A DNA stretch of 64,000 nt from Paraphysomonas bandaiensis (Eukaryota; Protista; Chrysophyceae): positions 1-64,000 of the forward strand of contig CBFFRP010000065.1 of NCBI GenBank assembly GCA_965644295.1. Direction: 5' to 3'. Of this stretch, positions 11,648 to 24,706 are shown piece after piece (the stretch's first letter is position 1; the number at the start of each line of letters is the position of its first letter). The notes beneath the pieces were generated by a model. The model made no database searches. It was not told where the DNA came from and saw only the letters and a program-made list of their open reading frames with translations. A program made the position numbers and the translations under genes.

Positions 11648-12120
11648 CATACATACATACATACATACATACATACATACATACATACATACATACATAC
11701 ATACATACATACATACATACATACATACATACATACATACATACATACATACATACATACATACATACATACATACATACATACATACATACATACATAC
11801 ATACATACATACATACATACATACATACATACATACATACATACATACATACATACATACATACATACATACATACATACATACATACATACATACATAC
11901 ATACATACATACATACATACATACATACATACATACATACATACATACATACATACATACATACATACATACATACATACATACATACATACATACATAC
12001 ATACATACATACATACATACATACATACATACATACATACATACATACATACATACATACATACATACATACATACATACATACATACATACATACATAC
12101 ATACATACATACATACATAC
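11648..12120. repeat. (CATA)n microsatellite, ~118 uninterrupted units
   Basis: Directly visible. Confidence 0.99.
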
Positions 12121-12339
12121 TCACCCAACCATATACACTCTGTATACCATAATGTAGCATTGTATTCCTGGATGAACGGCAGGCACCATCAGCAGGTTGG
12201 TTGCGTAGGTTGTGGTGTGCAGTCAGTGACTATGTTTGTTAATCCACTATACTACAAATTAATTACACATCATATTAATCTCCTGGACATATACACATAG
12301 TGTGTCTCCTTGGAGTGATAACACAAAAAGAATAAACTG

Positions 12340-13856
12340 ATGAACGCATTTCATCGGTGCATTGTCAAGGAGTATGGGCCATTTAGCATAGGCCAGGTCA
12401 GGTACCTCAAACGCCCGCCTGTAAATACTTCTCAGGTAAATATCTACTTAATAGACTATATTTGTATTTATGTATACTATAGCTGAAGGAAGGAAGACGT
12501 GTTGGTGCATTGGCTATGAAGGTATGATTGGTCGACTGGAGATTATTATTATTTCATTTGTATGGATAGGTCGGGATGCTTAGTTTGTGGGATAAGTGGG
12601 GCTTTAGAATTCCTGTGACGGCTCTGCAGCTAGATGATTGCCAAGTAGTACAGGTACAGTGCGTAATATTAATTAGGCGTCATTTTTCACTGTTGTTCAG
12701 GTAAAGACAGATGAAGAAAATGGTTACACAGCTCTACAGCTGGGAGTTGGAGAAGCAAAGCCTAATAGAGTTAATGTATGCTCGTATGTCGTTCTTATCG
12801 ACTACCTGTAATTAATCTGACAGGGTACACAAGAGGGACACTTCAGGAAGGCGGGTGTCAAGCCCAAGCGTTATTTGGAGGAATTTCGAGTACGTCATGT
12901 TGTCCCTATTCAAGCCAGCCTTATGATTTTTCTGTAGGTGACTCCCGACGCTATAGTTCCTGTAGGTACTCGGCTATACGCAACTCACTTTCTACCTGGA
13001 CAGGTGTGTCTTGTGTTTGTGTATGCTAGGTGGAGTGACTACTTCTGTCGCTTCCAACAACTGTTGTTATTGTCTGCGCTCTATGTGGCTTGTTGTGAAC
13101 TTGAAAGGGATTGAAATTCCTCGATGCATTGCTGTATAAATATACTGACCATCATTTGTGGTATAGCTTATTGACGTTCGCGGGGTAACGAAAGGCAAGG
13201 GCTTTCAAGGAGTCATGAAGAAGTGGGGATTCAGGTATTATGAATGATCTAATTATTGACAGAATTGACATGTGTGTAGTGGTGGGCGCGCAACGCATGG
13301 TAACTCTCTTTCGCATCGTGTCCCTGGATCTACTGGACAATGTCAGGTAATGAAATTTCCATACCTATTATTGGCTATTGCTCTATATGTCGGGTTGTAA
13401 CAGTATACCTTGCCCAGGACCCTGGACGTGTCTTTAAGAACAAGAAAATGCCAGGGCGCATGGGTGGCAAAAACAAGACAACTCAGAATCTCCGTGTTAT
13501 CAGGGTATGTGTAGTACTAGTGGCTTTGGCATGCACTGTTGGTCTGTGTACTGACTGAGAATGTGGTGTCAGATTGATCCGGAGAAGAATGTGATTTACG
13601 TCCGTGGCGCTGTGCCCGGTAACAATGGTATATATCTCTATCTATATACCGACTGGATTTAATATTCACTTTCTCTAATGCAGGTGGGTTTGTGAAAATC
13701 ACTGATGCTGTGAAGGGTCCGTTTTTTCCATCTCCTCCTCCATTTCCGGTGGCCACTGGTAATGAGTACGACGGGGCCGACGAGGAAAAATTGTGGGCCC
13801 CAGCAGTTGAGTCAGATCCCGGAAACTTCAAGGTTCCCGACACTCAGTATGGTTAG
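12340..13856 (+). CDS. MRPL3: Mitochondrial ribosomal protein uL3, 11 exons
   Basis: Spliced: [23 protein letters not shown]; NGYTALQLG; [67 protein letters not shown]; YVRGAVPG; 10 GT-AG introns. Confidence 0.95.
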
Positions 13857-14381
13857 GCAATACCTGATTGCCGAGGCTACTGATTCGGTAGTATTGATGA
13901 GCGAGCGAGTAGCTAGCGTGTGGGCGTGATTTATTTACACAACCGAGGAATATTCATGTTTGCGCCGTGTTAAATACTAATAATAAATCTTTTCCACGAT
14001 GTGTCTTTGTGATGATATATGGCAATTCATAAATTTACCAGATATTATATGGAAAATTGAAAATGTTTTATTTTGATTGTCCTAGTAAATAAAAATGTCA
14101 GTATCGTATACTCTCTATTCAGTAGACCAGTAGTATCACAAACGGGGGAAGAAAGTTTTATAAGCGTACTATCATTGTAGTATTCTTAAGTAATATCATT
14201 ATCGTTCAAAACTTCTTCTTATTTGCCTAAGTTTGAAGTGTATCAATATTTCCTAATCATTACTTTTCGTTTACTACTTTCACCACATTACTTTTATTTT
14301 AGGTCATAAACAACATCCTTTCTGTAGAAGCTGATGATAATTATATGAGTTCGATGTTCCTTAACTCGGCATACTTTCTCA

Positions 14382-14870
14382 TTACTCCTCGCACATATCG
14401 TCGCTTCCTCCGTATATTGCAGGCAAATGAGCGTACTTTGGCAACCCATCCTTTACGCTCATGACTTTTTCAGCGTAGTGGCAGTGCACAGTAGGGGTGA
14501 ATTTCAGATCACCGCTTATTTGGAGCGCAGGATACACGTCCTTAAAAGGAGCGTCGGGTGTGTTCAAGAAGACGATAGTGCCACAGTTTGTGCAAAAATT
14601 GCGTTCACAGTTGACTTTGTTATAAAATTTCACAAGATCTTCGCCTTTTGTAACTAGTCATCAATTCAATGGACTTACTACCATATTAACTATAAATATG
14701 ATGTATATTTTACCTGTTAGATTATCATTTTCAACTATGATAAGAGAAGAAAACTCTGATCCTTTTGATGCACGACAGTCAGTGCAATGACAATAGATAT
14801 GGGCAATGGGCTCTCCTGTAACCGTTACTTCTACTTTACCACAGAAACAAGCAAATTTATTTACTGACAT
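14382..14870 (-). CDS. GFA / CENP-V (Mss4-like) Zn-binding protein, 2 exons
   Basis: CFCGKV, YCHCTDCR, RNFCTNCGT, PTVHCHY motifs. Confidence 0.9.
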
Positions 14871-17193
14871 ATTTTGAAGTTGTTTGATATGATGACTTCA
14901 GTATATATATATGTAAGTGTTAATTACTGTTATATGTGAGTGGTATTAGATACAATCTGACATCATTGTGCACGCCAAAAGATACCAATCAACTCAACAA
15001 AGTGTTGCAGAGGTATAGAAAACCCTTGTTTTAGGAGGAAATAGGACTTGAAAACCCTGAAATCAAAGGTTTTCATGTCCTGTTGGATGTTCTAGACCAT
15101 CAAAGAAACTCTTGAACTCGGATTTATTCAGTTGATAATTTTTGGCTGCTCTGTATGAAGAAAAAGGTGGTATTTATAGACTTTTAATATGACATATTTC
15201 GAAAAATTCGAAAAACTGGACACAGAGCAGTATATGCATATCCCTCCAATGCTTATATAGATACACGGATATCATTCGAAGTCGAATAAAGCCCCCCTGA
15301 GTGTATGATAGACAAACTATGAAGGAATTCAAGTTATATCATCAACAGAAATGTTACCCATACGGTGTTATCTGTAGGTTAAAGTGTAGACTATCCTCAT
15401 GATGCTAACAACCTAAGACTATGTATGTATAGCTATATGTAGCTGGTTTGCTGGTAGATGAAAGAGATGTTCCCTGATTAATATTACGAATACAAATAAA
15501 ATATCAAGGTATTATTTCAAATCAATGGTATCTACATATGGGAATGAGATTATCTCGTAACAACAAATGCACCCCTACCACAGAAGGGTGCTGAGGGAAG
15601 AGCAACTATGAGGAATTGAAATTCATACTTAAAAGTGAAGATAAATGTGATAAATTGTAATCGCACGAGGTTTCTTGTCGTCATTGGCATCGTCGTCACA
15701 TTTATGTACAGCAAGCTTAACCCTTGCTAGTGCGACTGACAATGCTGTGTGTACGATATGATGCACACAATCTTGATAAGAACGACGTGACCGAAGCCCT
15801 AAAAGGACTGGTGATGCAACTGCTCTAAAATCATCTTCAGCATCAGCTGTGACATTTGAACTCTCCGGCAGTATTCTTGAAGTGTACCTGGTTTTGAAGA
15901 TATATCACTTGCACTGATATCATTCTAATCTTCTATATCTGACGGTGAGCGAAATGTAACTTGCAGTTTATGACTATCTACTTTTGACTCATCATTGCGC
16001 TTTCCCTGAAGTTGTGTAATAAAATTGTGTTACTTCAAATGGGCTGTCAATATCATGATTAAGATAGAAGCTGCTTTTTATTTCAAACCGAGTATTGAAG
16101 TTAAATATCTATACGTGTATACTTTTTCGATTCTAGTATGAACGTTATGTTGAAACTAATTCAGGTAAAAATCACAGTTATAATGATGTGAATAATTCTA
16201 GTCACTACTTTTTAGTTTACTCAAAGTCATTATTCATCCGATATAAAGGCTATACACTATATACCTTGTATTCTTCTAACTTACCATACTGCCTAGTCAT
16301 GCATTTAGCGATTATAAAGCAAAAAGCAAATAAACCACGTAAATCATATCACTTAACTGTTCAAATTCAAACGAAACACCATAAACCATATTATTATTAC
16401 GTTAGATCACGTTGAATTGTGTACAAGAGATAATCGTAAAAGAGCATTTTTGTAGTATTAGAAATGAATAGTTCCTTTACATGAGGAAAGACGATGTTGA
16501 AATATGGAATAGTAAGATTCCGGCTAATCGATTGGGTACTGAGAATCGACACATTCAATTAAAGAGTTACTAAATAAATTAGTTAACACTAACACATGAC
16601 GAGATGTAGTTAGTACTAACATTAATGCTTAGTATATTCTCGGATATATATTAGCAACATATGGCATAATATAGAACACATATAAGGATGAGGCAAATTG
16701 ACGGTTTTTTCCTCTTCATCCATGACGATATCTATCATACATGCACTACAGAATATAATTCTACAATACACGATCACAAAACTGCACGATAGATAACCGG
16801 CTCCAACAGAATCTCACACTGCGAGCAAAAAACATCTACAAATTGGCGTATCAGAAATTGCCAGTAATCACTATATAGGGCATATTCATCATGATGCGAA
16901 ACATACACACACACGCTATCATCAAACAACAGAAGATAGCAATGACATCGGTCAAGCGAAGACCAAAATTGCTTTCAAGTCAGAAGCAATAAATATAAAT
17001 ACTGACGAGATTAGGACGGTATTCATAAATGCAACAACGGGAGTCGCTACACCAGACTCTCGTCACTGCCATGGATATCATTGAGGCGGGGATGGATAGC
17101 AGAAGAGCGAGGACTCAATATTCTTGGCACAATTTCTGAACGAGGTGACATGTTTCCAGGTATCATAGGAGCTGAGTACCCTGTATATAACTG

Positions 17194-19979
17194 TCAAAAT
17201 TGAGAAAGTCTATGCAACATTTTGGTGGCCATATGGCCAACTGAACACCATAATACCAAGAAATGCGACGAGGGATATAACACTCCCTCCAAGAAAACAG
17301 AAACATACTTACTCTTTATAAGTTTCTCCAATTCTGATATTCGAAGCGGCTTTGCCACAACTTCATCTGTTCCAGCCGAAATTATGTCCACCGTATCATC
17401 CTGGAGCACATTTCCAGTAACGGCAATCACTACACCACTATATCCCATTCCACGTATGATACGAGTAGCTTCAATTCCAGTCATGTTGGGCATAACTTGG
17501 TCCATAAATATCATGTCATAAGGTTCCGAATTATCCTGAGCGACTTTCACCCTCTCAACAGCCTCTTTCCCATCACAGGCCTGAAATGTAACAACACGAA
17601 TTCACATTACTCTAGAAAAAAATCTACTACAGACCTCATCCACAGCATCAAATATTTTTGAAACAATGACTCTTATCATTTTGCGACTTAGAGGTGAGTC
17701 GTCCACAACCAAGGCTCGTTGCTGGGATTTTAACTGTGATCGCCTCGATGACGAGTCAGCTCGGCTTCGTTGTGTATTTAAATCCAGCTCAAAGCAGCGT
17801 TCGTGTGTAGGACTCAGTTCAAAAAAGCGCCCCATGGAAGGATTTTGGTGCTGCTGAGATGTGTCCTCCATAGGTTTGTCACAAGGGGAAATGGACTGAA
17901 CTGGAAGCTCAACATGGAATATACTACCCTGGTCAATGGCACCACAAGATTTAACTCCCATCGATCCACCATGACTCTCCACAATGGCATGTGACACTAA
18001 AATCGACAACTCATTATTTCACATACATGCACAATTATGTGTATTGTACGAGAGGAAATAGAGTGTAGTATGAGTACAAGACACACAGTATACTTACACC
18101 AAAGGCCAAGACCCGTTCCACTTTCGCCATGCAAACTTGCCGTGTTGAATTGAACTATACCCTGAAAGAGTTTTTCCTGGTTCTCCTACGTATGCAACAC
18201 GGAAATATAAGGTCATAGGTATAGTCAGCGAAAACACATGCATATATTAACACAAAATTGTGACGCCGTGAACGCTATATGATACCAGCGAAAATCACCT
18301 TGCTTATGCCACACCCAGTATCATGCACCTCAATTCTCAGTCGTTTCTCATCCTCTTTGGTATCTGAATAACGCGACGACGTATCTCCAAGTATAGACGA
18401 TGATGAAGAGCTTGGACGGGGAGCGTTCACCAAAGTGGCTACAACAGTGACCATGCCACCCCGAGGGGTGAACTTTATGGCATTACTCACCAGATTTCGA
18501 ATAACTTGTGAAAATTTATTAACGTCCACATCAAGCACGACTTCATCAAGATTGAGAGGAATCAGTCTAGGGGAGTTGTATCTCAGGACAACACCTTCTG
18601 ATTGTGCCTGCCAAAATACGCAGCAATATATTACAACACTTTCTCAAAATAAATAATTAACAAAAACACTAAGGCATCAGCTGGAGCACGATAACCGGTA
18701 CTACCTGAATGTCAAATAGCTTGATGCATTGAAGCAACAGAGGCCGGACTACCATAGACCTCTTTTCCAGTACCATGCTCCCATCCTCAATGCGATCGAA
18801 CAGCAGAAGGTCATTCAATATATTGACAGCTATGTGACAAGCATCAGAGGCATCCTCTAAAATACTTAGCCAACTGTTTTGGCTACCCTCCGCAGATCCA
18901 CTTTCTCCTCCAACCGTAGTGGCGAAGGGCTCAACTGTATCTACGCTGCTACTAGGGCGACGGGAACAATATTCTTCTGGTGCATGCTGACGAAGTAACT
19001 GTAGACCCATATAAACTACGTTAACCGGGGTCCTGAGCTCATGGGATATATATCGCACAAACTTATGCTTGCTTTGCAAAGCATGCTGCATTCACTTGTT
19101 AGAAAACATCAGATACAATTCGCGGGGTATGTACAAAGCAGCTATTAAGCTACGCACCTTAGTAGTAACTGCATCATGCTGAGCCATTCTGGTTGGAATT
19201 GTGTAAACCATGGATAAAATAGCGATATCGAGAATAACATATGATGTGATCTCTGATTCATCAACTTTGGACCAATCTTTGTTTCCAAATGATAGCGCAA
19301 TTCCCGCACTCGAGAAAATATATAACCCCATTATAAAATAATAAAGAGTTTGATACTTTTCATAACTGGATTTATATCTATTTGCCGGAATGCTGAGACC
19401 TCTAAGTATTCCATTCGCGCAAACAAACAATGCTACAAGCATAACAATCATCACCAAGTATGGTGTCACTATATCCAGACTACCCAATTTCCCAAAAGGA
19501 TAAAAAAGGTAGAGGATAAGAGATACAAGACATAACAATACTATCATGTAGTGTCTTGTATAATGAAAAAATTTAAAATCTCCTCCATCCATCATTTTAA
19601 ACAATAATGGTATTCCAAGAAAACACCCTCTTGCATACTTACAACAAACAAATAATAATAACTTCATTTCAGCTGAATCATTTGATTCAATTGCAAATAC
19701 TAAACTACTTGCAAATACAGATAAGATCATAATCCATCGAGGTAGAGTAAGTTTCCAAGGAAAATGAAGAGTATACCAGTCCAATGTAGCCTCTAATACC
19801 ATATATCCTGATATCGACATTAATGATATATTAACGTATGTAACAATCAATCGATTCACAGGATGGTTTGGATCAACATTATGACGAAATCTCCATTCCA
19901 GAAAATATGGTATGAAACAAAACACACCAAGTAGACTAAAGAGTGCTAAGACAGCTTGTTGTAATGTAATGGATTTCAT
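17194..19979 (-). CDS. Membrane-bound hybrid sensor histidine kinase (multi-TM + HisKA + HATPase + receiver), ~6 introns
   Basis: H-box FVRYISHELRTPV; N-box NLVSNAIKFT; G1 DTGCGI; G2 SGTGLGLW; receiver LVVDDS, IFMDQVMPNMTG, AVTGN, AKP; hydrophobic N-terminal ~275 aa. Confidence 0.93.
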
Positions 19980-21001
19980 ACTATACTAATATATTGAATT
20001 GTTAGATAGTGTCATATGGTTTTATATGGGACTATACAAGTGATTCCATTACTAGTAATTCACGTACTTGATGAAGTCGAAATTGCATATGTATAGCTAT
20101 GTTCATGTATGGTAGCAGGAATTCCAACACACCTACCTGGTATATATATGGTATACTACTTCATACAACAATATGTATATATGCACCGTAGGTGAAATAC
20201 TGTGGCAGTATTTTTTGGGTAGCGTGTGACTATGTTTCACCTACGCCTGGAATATCAACAAAATAAAACTGAAATATCAGATTTTTACCGTACGTGAAAT
20301 TATCATGGCACACTGAATACCGGAGATTTCTATGTAGAATACAGTAGAATTCCGGAGATTTCTACGTAGAAATCGTATGCAAAAGATACAAGGTTGTATC
20401 TGTATGATATATGTGATCTGCGTAGAAACCATATTCACTTTAATATCGAACCTACATTGAATATCTTGTCTGTATTTAATACCATGGGTCCTCTCAGATG
20501 ATACTTCTCCTGCTACATCTCGAGCTTCCTCCTCATCGACTTCAAGAACGTCTCTCATTCTCTTAATTCATGCCAAAACAAAGGCAATGTATACTGGCAA
20601 AGTGAGGCATATGACGTAGTGCTTTTGTTCTCATTATCCTGAAAGGTTGGATGATGAAGATAAGCTGATAATTTCTGCCAACAAAGACCGAGTGATGGAG
20701 TTCTTTGGGGTTCAGTGCAATACAGCTAACGACCGGAAGAAATTAGATGGACCAAATGATAAACCCAATGACAGGAGGACCTCTACAGTGCATTACTTGT
20801 TAAAGGCTATAGTGCATTAGTGTGAAGACTTTGTGGGACCTCTGACATTTTGGTAATCGACAAGAAGGGATCCAACCATATCGGCTTTTATGTGGACTTC
20901 AAGCTTTGACAAAAGCTGATAGGGATGATTCTCATCTACGTGCAAGAAAGACAATAGAATTCTTTCTTAAACGAGCATGGGAGTGTACTGAAATGCGATT
21001 C

Positions 21002-21203
21002 CAATCTTGTATTAAGCTGAATCCTAATACGCCCCCTCAATGAAATAATCAGTGAACTGTAGATAATAGAGAGAATATGAACTATACACACTGAGAGTAA
21101 AAACCAGAGTAGCTGTCACTAGTCAATAAAAACTGCAGAGGTGCCATATTGTGAGGCCATCCTTCTAGTCCAGCATCATGTATTTGTAAGCTGAATCCTA
21201 ATA
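21002..21203 (-). mobile_element. Deleted relic of the same Copia family (LTR start + 3' UTR + PPT + LTR start)
   Basis: Reverse complement matches 9997-10186 with about 6 substitutions and 2 indels, preceded by TATTAGGATTCAGCTTA. Confidence 0.92.
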
Positions 21204-22490
21204 GTTTGGTAGAGTATATGAAAGTGCTTTGAAAGAATTGTATCGGGAGTTAGGAATGGAATGATGTAAGGATGTTGGTAATTTCAGTTATGGCAGTTTC
21301 TATAGTAGGCTATGTTCTAGTAGTAGAGGTAAGTGAGTACTATTCAATATTATACTATGTAGTAATAATATACGCAGTATGTATGTCTACTACAGTATAT
21401 ATATTATTTGCACTTGAAATATATGTAAATTTTTGACTAAGAAAGTTGATTGTATATAAGCCAGCTACGAAAACCACTGTTAGATATATATTAGGGTCTA
21501 TTTTCAAGTTTCAAGATATTCGTAGTTTCCAGAAAATTAGGGAAATAAAGCAATACAGAGAGGTACTGTGACTAATTCAGAAGACCTTGGCCACTGTGGT
21601 GTACCAGCGCGTGTGAATGGCAATCAGAAGAGGGCACGTAGTTCACTCAGTTAAGTAAACAATAACCAAATCCTCCTTCCTTAATATACGTGAAATAAGA
21701 ATAGGTGAAGTGGCACGCTATCATCATAATATAACTAATATTTGTTATTTTACGGCGGGTATGTACGTGTGTGCCTGTCTCAAGGGGTGTATATGTGTAT
21801 GTATGTGAGAGGGTATGTAGCTCTATTAACAGTCACCCTCACATACATACAAGAACCTGGATCGCTTCAGAGCAGAGGTTGAAAGAAACACGACGGTGAA
21901 GAAGATATTCTTCTGTTTCTGGTGTGGATATCATCTCCTTTCATGGCACTTTTGATAGTTTAAAGTAACATATGAAGAGATGCGTTATATGATACATACA
22001 CACTTCACATAATACAACACCGTATTCCAAAAACACACATCTACAACCGACACAAACTGAAAAGTATACATGAGTGTGACAGAATTTCACGTACTCCCGC
22101 ATTGTATATATTATAACATATGGAAAATTGTATAAATTCAAATGTTGTGTTGGGAAAATTGGTGGTTTTCAATTTCTAGAGCTGTAAATTACTTGCATTT
22201 TATGTAAATTGTGTATAGATCAGCGACTGTTACATACAAAAAAACAAACGGTTGCTGTACTCTGTACTTTGCTTCTGCTGTATGGTGTATGTGTATGTAT
22301 ATGTACGTGGCAGATTGCACCAAATCATCATCAGGATGTGGTATATCCGCTTTGGCAAGCATCATTTCTACTTCCAAGTATATGCTTTAGGAATTGTTAT
22401 ATTTCCTACATGTAGTACATGGAGATTATGTTAATGACGAATAACGATTGACTGAGTTTGGATACGATAACTTACTCTACACTATTGACA

Positions 22491-23156
22491 ATGATTAACG
22501 CTATTGCACCTACCAAATCGTCAAGCGTTTCCCAGTTTCAATTTTTGATGCACACAGTAAAAGGAGGCAATTTGAAAAGTATTGTTCGGTTATTAAAGTG
22601 CTATGGTTATACTTCTGTTCTCCCTATGTCAGATAGTAATGGCTCAACCGTACTTCATGTAGCCGCCAAGAGCGGAAACATTGATGTAATGAATTTGATT
22701 CTGTCGTATAACTTGATTGATGTTAACAAGTTGGAAGTCAAAACGTCTGGGGGATACGCCGCCATTCATCATATATGTCACCTTGGTAATATTATATGCT
22801 TAGATCGATTAATACAAGCTGGTGCGTCTGTAAATATCCCAACACAATGTGATATGCGTTTGTTGCCTCTCCATATTTGTTGTCGTATGGGTCATACTGA
22901 ATGTGCACGCAAACTTGTTGCACATGGAGCTGATGTCAATGCGCCTGATGGATTTGGTCATAATCCGTCCTTCTGGGCCTACAGTATGCGTCACATGGAC
23001 TTAATCCGTGACGTTAACCTTCCTCCATCACGTGTAGCTACTGCTGCAGAGCATCTGAAGATTACTGGTGTAAATGTAAACAATTTCAAGAAAGTTAAGA
23101 AGAAAGCTGTGAAGTCAAAGAAATCGAAACCGAGTGGGAAAAAGCGCAAAACGTAA
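22491..23156 (+). CDS. Ankyrin repeat protein with a Lys-rich basic C-terminus
   Basis: GSTVLHVAAKSG, GYAAIHHICHLG, LPLHICCRMGH..AHGADVNAPD; start codon uncertain. Confidence 0.88.
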   Translation: MINAIAPTKSSSVSQFQFLMHTVKGGNLKSIVRLLKCYGYTSVLPMSDSNGSTVLHVAAKSGNIDVMNLILSYNLIDVNKLEVKTSGGYAAIHHICHLGNIICLDRLIQAGASVNIPTQCDMRLLPLHICCRMGHTECARKLVAHGADVNAPDGFGHNPSFWAYSMRHMDLIRDVNLPPSRVATAAEHLKITGVNVNNFKKVKKKAVKSKKSKPSGKKRKT

Positions 23157-23743
23157 AATATTTTCTACGCACAAATGTGCTTTCAAGTGTTCCATAAAGT
23201 TGAGTTTTAAGTTGATTTATATGTAGACAGTAAATTAGTGTGCGTATACGTATTAGGAGTGGTGTATATTTTGTATATATTAGTTACCTAATCTAATTGA
23301 CTTTAGATGTTACTATATATCCATCCACATTTTAGTATTACATTATATCCGTATACTAGCCCAACGACTTGAACGAAACTATCATATTCATAGCACTTCA
23401 CAATTACGTGTGTAAACGTATGAACCATAGCTGTACGCTAAGGCGCAATATAAAAAGTGTTCCTAAATTGGGTTCAACGGACCCCTCATACTAGCAGTAA
23501 ACAATAATGAGTCAACTTTCAATAGAAAATTATCGAACTCCACATCATCTCTGAAATTTCTAAAAATAAAGGGACTATTAGATGTTTGAACTTAGATGTA
23601 TTGTCTAAAAAACACTATTCTATCGCACTGTACAATAAATAAAAGAACTGTTATAAAGTGTTGTTATTACAGTTTTGTTTCTAGCTTTGAAATTGGTAGT
23701 GTAAGTAATGGTATACTTCCGATTTTCCCTTAGACGATTCTAC

Positions 23744-24140
23744 CTACAATTAAACTGTGTGGAAGGTATACTACAAGTACAAATCAAATGCTATACAGGA
23801 CTCTTCCCAGTAGGAATGGCATGCCATCAGTAGTTTACATACCCGAAACCCAATCCAGACAGCAGAAGGACGGGTGGCTTAGAGATCTGAAATACGTAGA
23901 TATTATAAGAGCGACCACGATACAAAGAGAATATTAGTTGAGCAAATTGTCAGCAACGGAATGTGTTACAATCAATGACCTAAATCAGCGATCATACCTG
24001 ATCTCGTGCTCGAGCTGATATATCACTTCACCAGTGTGAATGTCAATAATATCTTTGAAGCGGTATTCGTTGTGGTGCAGTATGTCGTCAACAGATCTGT
24101 ACTGAAACTACAATGGCAACAATTAAAACACATGTTCACT
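23744..24140 (-). pseudogene. Duplicated 3' fragment (last two exons, intron and 3' UTR) of the VOC-like gene
   Basis: Near-identical to 28135-28532; retains the intron. Confidence 0.9.
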
Positions 24141-24706
24141 TCACGATCTCTAAGGACTTTATATGAGGAAGTATTGTGATATATTTGTCAAATACTGTTT
24201 GAGTATTCAGATAGATATACTCGTTAGTCTTCTTCTAATTCTCTTTAAAGGACTTAGTTGTGATTCAGCTGATGTATCATCGTGTTGCTGTTGCTCAGGG
24301 CTGCCTGATACTGTTCCTATTTGCTTCTATTATGAAACTAATTCAAGAGATATGGGCTACTCTACTCTTCCTCTTTAATAGGTCAAATATAGCTATCTCT
24401 ATGGATACATAGATATATGGGTATATGATACATATGGATACTGTGCAGAGGTGCCGTATCGCAGTATTGGATCATATATACAGAGTTGGTATACCGGTAT
24501 ATACGGCGGTATACAGATATGTGGAAGGTGTCGTATATATATATACGTAGTGCTGTAGACAGGTACGTAGGTGTATAAGGTGTGTATGTGTAGCTACCAT
24601 ATACGCAGATCTTCTCACTGTACACTGCTATGAGCATATCATACTGCTGCAATCTATACATACATCTATCCATCTATCCTCATCTACTCATCATCTAATC
24701 CCCCTC

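Noticed and set aside
11585-12160. ORFs of YIHT or MYVC repeats
   Set aside because: Translations of the stop-free (CATA)n microsatellite
15100-16100. Coding-like degenerate sequence (also 20450-21000, 26540-26750, 33800-34000)
   Set aside because: No recognisable motif or consistent exon chain; cannot be assigned without a search
19080-19160. In-frame stops between adjacent ORFs (also 24934/24935) suggesting readthrough or an alternative code
   Set aside because: The stops lie inside short GT-AG introns; the standard code fits all genes
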